A DNA stretch of 46,136 nt, taken from a virus. Below the pieces are notes generated by a model that saw nothing but the letters and a program-made list of their open reading frames with translations, had not been told where the DNA came from and ran no database searches. Where the stretch lies: positions 1 to 46,136 of IMG/VR virus record IMGVR_UViG_3300029595_000010. One strand, written 5' to 3'. The position numbers and the translations under genes are program-made. Within the stretch, counting starts at the first letter, position 1; each line of letters begins with the position of its first letter. Below, piece by piece: positions 32,312 to 41,205 of this stretch.

Positions 32312-32950
32312 TCATCCGATCACCGCCCTTCTCCGTTTCACAATATCGTCGTAATGCGGCTTTACCCGTATCACGTTCCAGTCGCATTCTTCCGGCACTC
32401 TGCCGTAGAAGATCACCCATTCCGGGGATAGCCGCTTCATCATTTCTTCGTAGCCGCGCAGGAACAGGCGCTTGCTTTCAGCGTTTGCCTGCGTTCCCAC
32501 CGAGGAAACCGCCACAACACCGCCGACAGGTTCACCGTCAAAGCACCAGTCATAACTATTCTCATCGCTCCATGAGATTGTCGGATAAACCGTCATGCCG
32601 TGAAGCTGCCAGTATGCTGCCAGCCAGTGCTTGCGGTAATGGTTGTATATCTGCATCGCAAGCGGCATATCTGTGTAGGTGGAGAAGTCAGGCGCGCACA
32701 CCGCCGCAAACTGCGACAGTTTCGGAATGTACTTGTCAGGCGTGTTCCAATATCGAATAAATTGATAATCGTCCACAAAGAAATGCAAAATCTTGCTTTT
32801 CGTGTCTTTCGCGGTGTAATGGTAATTTACAGGGATAAATTCTCCCTGCGGGTACGCCTTGACCGGCTCGATCTGCGGAATGTCGTACTTTCCAACGCCG
32901 GGGAATGTGAACTTGTCGAGATTTTCAAAGTTAATCATACCGGACGCCAT
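32312..32950 (-). CDS. DUF4417-like protein (212 aa; alternative ATGA-coupled start at 32938)
   Basis: HFFVDDYQFIRYWNTPDKY...CAPDFSTYTDMPLAMQIYNHYRKHWLAAYWQ matches my memory of DUF4417. Confidence 0.7.
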   Translation of the reverse strand: MASGMINFENLDKFTFPGVGKYDIPQIEPVKAYPQGEFIPVNYHYTAKDTKSKILHFFVDDYQFIRYWNTPDKYIPKLSQFAAVCAPDFSTYTDMPLAMQIYNHYRKHWLAAYWQLHGMTVYPTISWSDENSYDWCFDGEPVGGVVAVSSVGTQANAESKRLFLRGYEEMMKRLSPEWVIFYGRVPEECDWNVIRVKPHYDDIVKRRRAVIG

Positions 32951-33474
32951 GTACCGCTGCGCTTGTTAGTTCTGCGGTATTTCTTGCCGTTTACCGTAAC
33001 TTCCAACGCGCCGGACTTTTGCGCTGTTACAAAGGCATTGGAAAACGCCTTGTTTTCTGCTGCTTTGCGTTTTTTACTGGACTGGTCACGCAATTTCCGC
33101 ATGTAGCTATCCATTTCACCGCGCGCTCTTGCAGCTCTGTCTGCGGCGCTTCCTGTTTTCTGCGCCGTTGTCAGGCGCGCAGGCCCGCTTGCATAAGGAT
33201 TGACTGCTCCTGCCGCCGTTTTTAGTGCCGTTGTTGCGAGAGTTGCCATCTGCTTTACGGCGTCTTTCTTTTCAGCGTCCGACAGCTCAAGCCCATTGAT
33301 TTCAGCAGCGTTGCGCTCAAATGTGCGCCTGATAATATCGCCCATATCAGTGACAGACGCAGCGTTTGCTCGGTTAATATCCTGCTGTGACAAAAACCGC
33401 GCAAGGCTCATACCGCGCCCACGCCCAAATTCTCCGGCTCCAATGCCGCCACCAGCTCCGCCTCTGCCGCCCAT
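32935..33474 (-). CDS. Gly/Arg-rich N-terminus protein of unknown function (179 aa)
   Basis: MGGRGGAGGGIGAGEFGRGRG...; TAATG coupling to the portal gene. Confidence 0.65.
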   Translation of the reverse strand: MGGRGGAGGGIGAGEFGRGRGMSLARFLSQQDINRANAASVTDMGDIIRRTFERNAAEINGLELSDAEKKDAVKQMATLATTALKTAAGAVNPYASGPARLTTAQKTGSAADRAARARGEMDSYMRKLRDQSSKKRKAAENKAFSNAFVTAQKSGALEVTVNGKKYRRTNKRSGTWRPV

Positions 33475-34862
33475 TACTCTACCTCCTGTTGCTGTTCAGT
33501 TACCATGTCCTGCGCCCGCGGAAGCATTGCCTTTGCAGTCGCTTCGTCCTCGCCGTACCATTTCGCGCGGTATTCCCAGTCGTTGAGGATACCGTCAGCG
33601 AGGTCGAGCCGGTCGTTGGCCCGCTCCTGCTCTTTCTTCTCGGCATCGTCCAGGATGGAATCGCCCCAGCTGTAATCAGTTCTGTACGTCCCGGCAGGCG
33701 CAAGGTTGTAGAGCGTCGCGTATGTATCGAGCGCGTAGAGCAGACTGTCAAACGTATGTTCAAGCGCCGTTTGAATGCTGCCGATCAGCACGTATTTGCG
33801 CTGCTTACTGTTGCGTATCTCCGTCGCCGTCTTCTCGATGGTCTGCGGATCGGAAATATCTCCATAAGCCAATCCGACGTTGAACTCGATACGGCGAAGC
33901 GTATTCTGGAAACCTCGGTAGATTGCTTCGTCGCGGATCTGCGGCTCGATGTACTGAAAGAATTCGCCGCTAGGGGAGAACGGTCCCAGTTCAAACATAC
34001 GCTTGTTGAACATATCCGCAGTCGAACTCGTGCCATCCATCAGGACTTTGCGCTCGCTGGAGCGATATTCCCAGCGCAGGCGCTCCCACTGCTCATCGGC
34101 CTGCTTGATCAGCTGCACAGTAGCCGCGTCTCCGTAGACGGACATTCCGCAGGGGCTGTTTGCGTCCGTTGTGTTGGCCGCAGGCGGTCGGAAGTACGCG
34201 AAGAGCGGCCCGCTCATATTCTGGATCGTGATTTCCGGCTGAATGTCCGCCCATTCTGGGACGGCATTCAGGGGTGCTTCCGCGCCGACCGTGCCGGAGG
34301 TGTCGCTGTAATATGCTTTATTGCGGATCGTATAGGTCGTGCCGTCCAGCTCGTGCGATTCGAGGCGGATATAATACTTCCCGCCCACTTTCGCGGGCTT
34401 GTCCCGGAAGACGCCTCCGATGCAGCGCCCGGCAGGGTCAAATTTCGTCGGCTGGAACGCCGCCGCGCCGGTCACGTCGACCAGCAGCTGCTCACCGTAG
34501 ATATACGGCTTAAATGCCACGCCGCCGAGCGCAAGCCCCAGTTCTAAGGCGCTGTGAAAATTCTCTTCCGCCCGCTCAAAGCAGTCTTTCAGATAATCCG
34601 CACGGGCGCTGCCGGTGATGTTAGCCGTCAGCTCGGCCAGCGTCGGTCGCGCGATCTCCCGGCAGATCGCCGCCGGAAGCCCGACAGCAATGACATCGCA
34701 CGTCTGCCAGGGTGGATTTCCAATAAACATCGCGTACCAGAGGCTTATATTCTGCTCCATCTTCTGGCTGACTGCCGGAGATACGCCGAATTCCCGCTCG
34801 GCCACCGCCTGCGGGAAAAGCATATTCCGGAACCACCCTCGAATGTTTGTCAAAAGGCTCAT
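33474..34862 (-). CDS. Portal protein (SPP1 gp6-like)
   Basis: 462 aa; ATGA-coupled after TerL. Confidence 0.85.
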   Translation of the reverse strand: MSLLTNIRGWFRNMLFPQAVAEREFGVSPAVSQKMEQNISLWYAMFIGNPPWQTCDVIAVGLPAAICREIARPTLAELTANITGSARADYLKDCFERAEENFHSALELGLALGGVAFKPYIYGEQLLVDVTGAAAFQPTKFDPAGRCIGGVFRDKPAKVGGKYYIRLESHELDGTTYTIRNKAYYSDTSGTVGAEAPLNAVPEWADIQPEITIQNMSGPLFAYFRPPAANTTDANSPCGMSVYGDAATVQLIKQADEQWERLRWEYRSSERKVLMDGTSSTADMFNKRMFELGPFSPSGEFFQYIEPQIRDEAIYRGFQNTLRRIEFNVGLAYGDISDPQTIEKTATEIRNSKQRKYVLIGSIQTALEHTFDSLLYALDTYATLYNLAPAGTYRTDYSWGDSILDDAEKKEQERANDRLDLADGILNDWEYRAKWYGEDEATAKAMLPRAQDMVTEQQQEVE

Positions 34863-36034
34863 TTCTTGATTTCTCTCCTCAAAACGGTCATGCAAAAATA
34901 GCGGATACTATCGCACACGTGGTCGTTTTCTTTTATCACGAGGTCTTCTCCTGCGTCTTTGTCCCAGCTATAAAGGCCAAATTCCCGAAACGCGTTTTTG
35001 CAACTCTCATGGAATTTGATTATGCCGCTTTTGATGCAGGCCCCCGTGAAGCGAATGCCGTCCAGCACGGCGTTGTTTGCTTTCCATACAGAAAACTTTC
35101 CGTGCCGCCGGATGCACTCGGCAAAGGACGCTGCCGATGGGTCGAGCACGACACGCTCAATGCGGTATCCGTCCGCGAATGCCTCTAAATCCTGATAATA
35201 TTCTTCGTCAGTCTTCTGCCGCCCGCTCTCGCGCCCGCTGTGGTAATATTCTTTCTCCATGACGGCCTTGCCGCCATATTCCCGCCACAATGCAAAGACG
35301 GTAGGGTTCTGTGTGCCGTAGTCCGATGAGATCCAGTACCGCCCCGGCCCGCCCCGCTCACTCGTGACGTTTCTGGCCCGATCAAACATTGGGTAAACCA
35401 GACCCTCGGCGATTCTCCAGAGGCCGAGAATGTAGCGGTCGTAATAAACCGTCCCTTCGTATTCTTTTTTCAGATTTTCTTTAAAAGATTCCGGCAGGAA
35501 CGGATTGTCGTCTATTGTGTATGTCTGGCTGAAAATGTCCGCGTTGCTATCAAGGAATTTTTTCAGCCAGTGGTCAGGATATTGCGGATTGAACGTCCCA
35601 TCAAAACAGGAGTATTCCTTATCAAGACGGCTTTTTAGCAGCGCGAAGACTTCTTCCGACCAGTCCGCGACCTCGTCGCCGTAGCAATATTTAATCGACG
35701 CGCCGCGGATCTTTGAAACCTGAGAAACCTTTTCCGCACCGAGGCAATAGCACTTTTCCCCGAAAATCCACGCTGTGTTGTCGCTGGAGATTGTTCCGAC
35801 AAGCATATCGCCATACAGGTTCCGCATCGGCTCCAGCACATTTCGCTCAATCGTGGATTTTGTTACGCCGAGAATGACGGCCAGACCATCTTTTCCGATT
35901 CGCTCACGAATCCGGATCGGTATGATCCATCGAAAATCGAGGTAAGTCTTCCCACTTCTGGTGGCTCCGCCCTTGAAGTTCCATCGATGCGTCCCGTATT
36001 TTACAAATTCACGTTGTTTCGGACTTAACAGCAT
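34859..36034 (-). CDS. terL: Terminase large subunit (PBSX-type)
   Basis: Walker A GGATRSGKT; ...CYGDEVADW... Confidence 0.9.
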   Translation of the reverse strand: MLLSPKQREFVKYGTHRWNFKGGATRSGKTYLDFRWIIPIRIRERIGKDGLAVILGVTKSTIERNVLEPMRNLYGDMLVGTISSDNTAWIFGEKCYCLGAEKVSQVSKIRGASIKYCYGDEVADWSEEVFALLKSRLDKEYSCFDGTFNPQYPDHWLKKFLDSNADIFSQTYTIDDNPFLPESFKENLKKEYEGTVYYDRYILGLWRIAEGLVYPMFDRARNVTSERGGPGRYWISSDYGTQNPTVFALWREYGGKAVMEKEYYHSGRESGRQKTDEEYYQDLEAFADGYRIERVVLDPSAASFAECIRRHGKFSVWKANNAVLDGIRFTGACIKSGIIKFHESCKNAFREFGLYSWDKDAGEDLVIKENDHVCDSIRYFCMTVLRREIKK

Positions 36035-36425
36035 CTTGGAACTCCTTCAGCATCGAATCAAGCTTCTCCATTGTCGTCCTGTTGCGGTCGGAAGCTGCCG
36101 CGTATCGCTTCATGAGACTGTCACCGGCTTTCAGCCGGTCGGACAGCGATGCGTCCATGCCGAACTGGTCTTTGACCTCCCCGCGCATGACGGCAGTGTA
36201 AAATTTCAGAATTTCGTTGGAATCTGCGACAAGCGCCGCTTCCTGTTCGTCCAGCCTGCGCTTTATATACGCAGAAATAGCTGGTTTTGACAGGTTTTCT
36301 GCCGCAATCACTCTGCATGATGTTTCTTTGTACCCGGCCTTTTTCGCTGCTTCTGTCGCGTTTCCGGATTTCAGATATTCTTCGCAGAATCGTCTCTGCT
36401 TCGGCGTAAGCTTTTCATCCGCCAT
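36009..36425 (-). CDS. terS: Terminase small subunit
   Basis: LTPKQRRFCEEYLKSGNATEAAKKAGY typical TerS HTH. Confidence 0.85.
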   Translation of the reverse strand: MADEKLTPKQRRFCEEYLKSGNATEAAKKAGYKETSCRVIAAENLSKPAISAYIKRRLDEQEAALVADSNEILKFYTAVMRGEVKDQFGMDASLSDRLKAGDSLMKRYAAASDRNRTTMEKLDSMLKEFQDAVKSETT

Positions 36426-36651
36426 CGCTGTAAAGCCCGGCCAGCAGCTTCACCACATCCGCAATCTGGTACGTTTCCAGCAGAGTGACGTTCTTCGGCT
36501 TTTCATCAGGTCGATATTCGTAAACCATGTATTTCGTCACCATCCTGTCATTTTTCGCGGAATAGATCTGCATTTGATTGATTTTTATTTTGATTCCGTT
36601 GTACAAGAGCGCTGTTTGCAGCTTGTGTGCAAGGGCGCGCAAACTCGCCAT
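36415..36651 (-). CDS. First late-operon gene, hypothetical (78 aa)
   Basis: ORF 36415..36672 trimmed to the ATG 6 nt after AAAGGAG. Confidence 0.55.
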   Translation of the reverse strand: MASLRALAHKLQTALLYNGIKIKINQMQIYSAKNDRMVTKYMVYEYRPDEKPKNVTLLETYQIADVVKLLAGLYSDGG

Positions 36652-36678
36652 AGCCGCTCCTTTCTGCCTCATTCTTTC

Positions 36679-36737
36679 GTTCTCGTGTCTCCGTGTGTGA
36701 ATAAATATATTTATTCACACACGGAGAACACGAGAAC
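36679..36737. repeat. 59-bp near-perfect palindrome (perfect 40-bp core 36688-36727, AT-rich centre)
   Basis: gttctcgtgtctccgtgtgtgaataaatat / atatttattcacacacggaga(a)cacgagaac; one bulged base. Confidence 0.9.
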
Positions 36738-36780
36738 AGGAGGAGGAGGTTTCCGCAGAACGCTGCGGTGCCGATGAAGA

Positions 36781-36807
36781 AGGGCGTAGAGTTGATCTCT
36801 ACGCCCT
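36781..36807 (-). terminator. Stem-loop after the late-regulator gene
   Basis: 11-bp stem agggcgtagag/ctctacgccct, 5-nt loop, weak U-tract. Confidence 0.45.
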
Positions 36808-36847
36808 TATAGTAAATGTTAAATTTGGCTCTGGGACGCAGACTTTT

Positions 36848-37138
36848 TCATAAAAGCCCTCTTTTTTGCCCCACAAGGCGAATAAATTGCCTGTGCCACT
36901 CCTGCGCAGTGCGTTCGGACACATAAACCGCCATCGCAGCGCCCTGTAAGGTGTGCGTCCGCTTCCAAAGAACCAAGTCTATGAGCCGGAGTCGCTCCGC
37001 GCCGTCAACGAGCTGTTCCGTCTCCGCGATTGCATCCGCAACGGCAGCGCGCTCGGCCTTCGTCATCAGCCCGCCGCCCTTATAGCTGCGGATCATCCAT
37101 TTTGCATAGGCCCACCAGCCGTATCGCGGCGTGCTCAT
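36848..37138 (-). CDS. RinA/ArpU-like late transcription regulator (sigma region-4-like HTH, 96 aa)
   Basis: ...IDLVLWKRTHTLQGAAMAVYVSERTAQEWHRQFIRLV...; immediately upstream of the packaging genes. Confidence 0.65.
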   Translation of the reverse strand: MSTPRYGWWAYAKWMIRSYKGGGLMTKAERAAVADAIAETEQLVDGAERLRLIDLVLWKRTHTLQGAAMAVYVSERTAQEWHRQFIRLVGQKRGLL

Positions 37139-37368
37139 CAGTAATGTTGCCTCCCTTCGCGCTTTGCGCGGTTCGCATCGTGCAGCGTCCGCATACAGCC
37201 CCGTGTCGTTGCATATCTCGCCGCGTCCTTCGATTGCTCCTGCTTGTATCTGTCCGCCTCCCGGCGGAATGCTATGTATCGGGTGCAGTCCGTGTGGCAG
37301 CCGGTATGCCTATCCGCACAGCCTTTGCACGGAGCCTGCACCGGTGTGAGCCCTAGATTTCCCTGCAT
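37138..37368 (-). CDS. Cys/His-rich small protein (76 aa)
   Basis: CKGCADRHTGCHTDCTRY. Confidence 0.5.
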   Translation of the reverse strand: MQGNLGLTPVQAPCKGCADRHTGCHTDCTRYIAFRREADRYKQEQSKDAARYATTRGCMRTLHDANRAKREGRQHY

Positions 37369-37694
37369 TCGTCCACCCTCACACATACGCGCTTGCCGTT
37401 TACCGCAACGACATAGCCCGTCCGGTTTGTCCTGTATTTGTATTTCTCGGCAGGATACACCCGCCCGCAGACAGGCCGCATTTCTGGATATACCGGGATC
37501 GAGCACGTAATCAGGATCCGCACGCGCTCCGCCCGGCCCATCACATTTTCCCTATGTGCCGCCCATGCGCACGCCTCGCTGCAAAAATTGTATTTTGCCT
37601 TGCACTTCGACGGTGCGCGCATAAACGTTTTTCCGCAGGCATCGCACGTCAGCTGCATCGGCGGTCTTGGCGGCTTGCGCTTCACTTTACTCAT
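37353..37694 (-). CDS. Zinc-finger-containing hypothetical protein (113 aa)
   Basis: CDACG...CSEAC; ATGA-coupled. Confidence 0.55.
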   Translation of the reverse strand: MSKVKRKPPRPPMQLTCDACGKTFMRAPSKCKAKYNFCSEACAWAAHRENVMGRAERVRILITCSIPVYPEMRPVCGRVYPAEKYKYRTNRTGYVVAVNGKRVCVRVDECREI

Positions 37695-37852
37695 GGCCTC
37701 CACCCGGAAATCCATTTTGCCTTCTCCCAGTCCGTCAGCGTGCAAAACTTGATATAATCCGGCAGATCCGAATTGAGAATCGCTTCTCTTATCAAAAGCA
37801 AAACAAACACGGCAGCCGCAAATAAAAGCAGCATTTCAACGAATCTTTTCAC
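37691..37852 (-). CDS. Unlisted 53-aa single-TM protein (GTG start)
   Basis: Coupled at both ends (GTGA / ATGA); MLLLFAAAVFVLLLI. Confidence 0.4.
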   Translation of the reverse strand: MKRFVEMLLLFAAAVFVLLLIREAILNSDLPDYIKFCTLTDWEKAKWISGWRP

Positions 37853-38517
37853 TTACAGTTCTCCTTCTCGTTTTTCCAGTCACAATATTTCTGGCAAAGC
37901 TCCTCACTTTCAAACGACGAATCATACGGGTTGATTTTTTCAAAGTCACAGCCGCTTCTTGCAACGGCTCTACTCCTGTAATCAGATTCATTCTCCGTTT
38001 TGCATTTTACAGGATTGTAAAATAGTTCCATTCCTCCCCTCCATTCATGAATTCTGTACAGCATCAATTCCCGCGGCTTGTATACCAGTGTGCTCTTTGC
38101 GCAGGTGCAATGTTCTGTCATTTCCCGCCCACACGGGGTAATGAAGTGGCGTAGCCTGTTATCATCACATAGACCGCATTTCGGGCCTTGCACCCACTCA
38201 CCTTTTGCTTCCCACGTCGTTACCAGATTATCGCCAAGCAGCTCTTTCAACCGCGCATCTTTGTATTTCTTTTGCGCCTCCGTTTCCGCCAGCACTGCCC
38301 TTCTCTCTGCCGCCGCCAGCTTTTCCAGATACATCTTTCTGTCGTCTCTGAACATCCGCAGGCTCTTTACTTCTTCTTCCAGCGCCACGATTTTGTCTTT
38401 GATTTCCTCGCGTGCATTCACAATCAGAGCCTGTTTAAATTCATCGATTTGCCTGTCAAATTCGGAACATTCAAAATATTCATCGTCGTCAAAATCAAAA
38501 ACATCAGCAAAATTCAT
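37849..38517 (-). CDS. Hypothetical protein (222 aa): acidic N-terminus, coiled coil, Cys-rich C-terminus
   Basis: ORF track. Confidence 0.65.
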   Translation of the reverse strand: MNFADVFDFDDDEYFECSEFDRQIDEFKQALIVNAREEIKDKIVALEEEVKSLRMFRDDRKMYLEKLAAAERRAVLAETEAQKKYKDARLKELLGDNLVTTWEAKGEWVQGPKCGLCDDNRLRHFITPCGREMTEHCTCAKSTLVYKPRELMLYRIHEWRGGMELFYNPVKCKTENESDYRSRAVARSGCDFEKINPYDSSFESEELCQKYCDWKNEKENCK

Positions 38518-39002
38518 AGCTTTACCCCCTTGATGTACTTATCAAAATACGTCACGGCGACCGCCATCGCCGCCCACATATCCTTTGCGAAGCCGTAGAA
38601 AAAGCCCTGATTTGCCTTTGTGCCAACAACTCCGTATCGATCTATCAGCGCCTGCCGGATATTTTTATCCTTCGCGCTCAGACAGCCGCACAGATACAGC
38701 TTTTCTTCCCGCCGGAAGATCTTTACCGGCTCCGCGCCGTCCCTTTCGGCAAATTCCATAAAGCGGCCAATCCAAAGGCAGGTATCGAAAACCTCCTGCC
38801 CTACCGCCATGCCCATTCCGGCGATCATTTCAATCGCAAAATCCGTGCAATTGCCGTAAATGTTTTCGTGCAGAACGTCCCGAATTTCTTCGTTCGGGAG
38901 CTTCCCCACATCCAGCACGCGGCGAATTTCTTCACCGTCGTGCTCGACCACCACATAGCCGGATTGCATATTCCCCGGATCAATCGCCAGAATTGTGCCC
39001 AT
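38514..39002 (-). CDS. RuvC-like Holliday junction resolvase
   Basis: MGTILAIDPGN...FAIEMI...; AAAGGAGGTGG RBS. Confidence 0.75.
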   Translation of the reverse strand: MGTILAIDPGNMQSGYVVVEHDGEEIRRVLDVGKLPNEEIRDVLHENIYGNCTDFAIEMIAGMGMAVGQEVFDTCLWIGRFMEFAERDGAEPVKIFRREEKLYLCGCLSAKDKNIRQALIDRYGVVGTKANQGFFYGFAKDMWAAMAVAVTYFDKYIKGVKL

Positions 39003-39168
39003 CAGGCCACCTCCTTTGTTCAAAGTCTTCGCATTCCTCTCCGGAAAAGAACCTCCGTTCCAGTTCTTCCTCGGAGAACCGTTCCGCCTTGTGTTTCAAG
39101 CACCGATACGGATAAACGTAGTTCTTTCTGTATTCCAGATGCTTGCAAGTTAAGCAGCAATCCTGCAT
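38980..39168 (-). CDS. Small Cys-rich protein (62 aa; alternative start 39216)
   Basis: AAAGGAGGG 6 nt before the ATG; MQDCCLTCKHLEY. Confidence 0.45.
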   Translation of the reverse strand: MQDCCLTCKHLEYRKNYVYPYRCLKHKAERFSEEELERRFFSGEECEDFEQRRWPDGHNSGD

Positions 39169-39212
39169 CAGCTTCCCTCCTTTCGCGCTACCGCGCGCAA
39201 ACCGCAAACCCT

Positions 39213-39602
39213 TCATACTATCCGTTTCCCGCAATACGGGCAAAACTTATATTCTGCCGCTTCGATGCAATCCATAAGTTCACCGCAGGCAGTGCAGCAT
39301 CCGTCAATGATCTGCGTGGTTTCCGCTTCCTTTGTATCCTTGCCATCATTTACTCTCCTGTTCCATGCCTCAATGGCTTGTTCTTCCGTGTCGTAAATAT
39401 ACACACCACCCAAAATCCCGCCATCGCACTCATAGCTTGCAATCGGGCATTCCGGGTTGTCCTCGTGAGCATGGTGAAGCATAAATCCAAGCCCACTATA
39501 GGGACGTTCTCTATATGACTCATCATGCAGATTTCCTTCGTCATCGCACAGAACAAGGCTAATTTCACCGCCGCAGAACGGGCACGGTTTCAGTTCAGCC
39601 AT
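39213..39602 (-). CDS. Lar-family restriction-alleviation-like protein with an extra C-terminal zinc ribbon
   Basis: LKPCPFCGG...EQAIEAWNRR; C-terminal CCTACG...CPYCG. Confidence 0.7.
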   Translation of the reverse strand: MAELKPCPFCGGEISLVLCDDEGNLHDESYRERPYSGLGFMLHHAHEDNPECPIASYECDGGILGGVYIYDTEEQAIEAWNRRVNDGKDTKEAETTQIIDGCCTACGELMDCIEAAEYKFCPYCGKRIV

Positions 39603-39864
39603 CCTTCTTGCCCTCCGTTTCCTCGGCGGAATTGTGCGTCAGCACCCACAGCTCCCCGGCTCTCTTGAGCCAGTAGAGCCAGTCCGCCATAATTGCATCA
39701 ATCACCGCAGCCGCCTTGTCATGTGGCATGGCGAGAATCGCCTCCGAGGAAAGCTCCGTCGTATTATCTTCCATCACGGATTCATACAGGCGGCTACGGA
39801 TTGGGATTCTGCAATACTTTTCCTGTCCGTTAATCGTCCCACGGATTACTCCCGGGTCGCTCAT
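39595..39864 (-). CDS. Hypothetical protein (89 aa)
   Basis: ORF track; ATGA-coupled. Confidence 0.6.
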   Translation of the reverse strand: MSDPGVIRGTINGQEKYCRIPIRSRLYESVMEDNTTELSSEAILAMPHDKAAAVIDAIMADWLYWLKRAGELWVLTHNSAEETEGKKDG

Positions 39865-40367
39865 GCCTTGCCCTCCATTTCCTGCAGCGCCTTTTTGGCC
39901 TCCTCGCGGGTGAGGAAAACCGTCTTGCCGACATCACGTGCATCCATAACGCCGCAGCGTGATGTGTTCAGCAGAGTTCTCCCATTAAGCGTGCTTATAT
40001 CTGTCACAGTAAAACTGTAAACTTGCTCGACCGGGTGACTACAGAATGTCCAAAGCCCGTCGCCCACCTTGCACGGCAGCACGGCCACGCGCCCGTCCTT
40101 GTCGGCCTCGGCAAGCTCGCGGAGGCGGCTAGGCTCCACGCCCAGCGCCTGCGCTGCCAGATTTATCATCGTATCCTCCGTAAACGGAGCCTTGATTTCC
40201 TCCGGCGTCAGCCCCGTGTCCTCGTAGGCTGCGAGTCGCTCACACACCGCTATTTCAAACGGGCAATCCTTAATTTTGCACCCTCTGCCGTAGCACGGTT
40301 CTTTAAAGCAGCGCGGGTAATAGGCGTGTTTATACGATGATTCGTTCCATTTAGTCAGTCGCTCCAT
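39861..40367 (-). CDS. Hypothetical Cys-rich protein (168 aa)
   Basis: MERLTKWNESS...CPFEIAVCERLAAYEDTGLTPEEI; trimmed from ORF 39861..40508. Confidence 0.6.
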   Translation of the reverse strand: MERLTKWNESSYKHAYYPRCFKEPCYGRGCKIKDCPFEIAVCERLAAYEDTGLTPEEIKAPFTEDTMINLAAQALGVEPSRLRELAEADKDGRVAVLPCKVGDGLWTFCSHPVEQVYSFTVTDISTLNGRTLLNTSRCGVMDARDVGKTVFLTREEAKKALQEMEGKA

Positions 40368-40840
40368 AACTCTTCCTCCACATACCGCCAGCTCTGCGGC
40401 GGGCGGGTGATCGGCCCGGGTGCAAGGCCGTATTTTGTCTGCCGCAGGCCGGTAAACTCCCACAGATCGCGCGGGTGATCGTAAATTCTTAGGTTGGAAA
40501 TGTGCCATCCGTAGCCGGCGCCGCCGTCCAGATACTTCTCCAGTTCGTCTTTTGTCAGGCAGGCATCCGCAAGAAGCGTATCAAGTGGTGTGCAGTCCAT
40601 ATTCCAATCGCAGATGCAATATTTCGGCGGTTCACAGCTTCCTCCTACTCTGACGATCCTTTCAAAAATGTCGTCGCATACAAACTCGCCGATGACGCCG
40701 CCCTGAACCGAACGGTAAATGTAGCACTTAAACGGTGGGTTCATCTTCGGGCGCGTCTTGCGCACCTCAACGGTCTTCTGCCCGGTCATGATTTTCTGGA
40801 TCCACTTCTGGCGGATGCTGATCAAAATAGCTTTACTCAT
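40355..40840 (-). CDS. ASCH-domain protein, copy 1
   Basis: MSKAILISIRQKWIQKIMTGQKTVEVRKTRPKM... Confidence 0.7.
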   Translation of the reverse strand: MSKAILISIRQKWIQKIMTGQKTVEVRKTRPKMNPPFKCYIYRSVQGGVIGEFVCDDIFERIVRVGGSCEPPKYCICDWNMDCTPLDTLLADACLTKDELEKYLDGGAGYGWHISNLRIYDHPRDLWEFTGLRQTKYGLAPGPITRPPQSWRYVEEELWSD

Positions 40841-41033
40841 GCCTTGCATCCTTCCTCCGGCGCGCCCGGTACGCCGCGCAATACATCTGCAAACATGTGT
40901 CCGCTCCCAGTTCTTCTATCAGTTCCGCGGGCGGCTTCTCTTTCCGGTAATACGGGCAGCCCGTGCAGTCTTCGGATAGACCGCCCGGTGTAGATGTGCG
41001 CCGCAGCGTCTGCACGATTTTCTTGCCTTTCAT
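40833..41033 (-). CDS. Small Cys-containing protein (66 aa)
   Basis: Trimmed from ORF 40833..41090 to MKGKKIV. Confidence 0.45.
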   Translation of the reverse strand: MKGKKIVQTLRRTSTPGGLSEDCTGCPYYRKEKPPAELIEELGADTCLQMYCAAYRARRRKDARHE

Positions 41034-41123
41034 TGCGTACCCTCCATCGCCTTCCCCCACGCGGCCAGCTGGGCGCGGAGGGCTGCGCAAAGCCTTCCGG
41101 CCTTATCCTCGTCCTTCATGTTT

Positions 41124-41205
41124 TTACGTTTTGCCATCCTTCTTGCCCTCCATTTCCTGCAAAGCCTTCTTGGCTTCCTCGCTCAGGTATCGTCAGCCGT
41201 CCCAT
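41124..41205 (-). pseudogene. Deletion remnant of a second copy of gene 39861..40367
   Basis: ATG-GGA-CGG-CTG-ACG (MGRLT, compare MERLT) joined out of frame to ...EEAKKALQEMEGK..., which equals the C-terminus of the intact copy. Confidence 0.6.

Noticed and set aside
41124-41195. TGA readthrough extending ASCH copy 2 (in-frame ...ELWDG*RYLSEEAKKALQEMEGKKDGKT)
   Set aside because: The downstream sequence is better explained as the C-terminal remnant of a deleted paralog of gene 39861..40367. The in-frame arrangement is coincidental.
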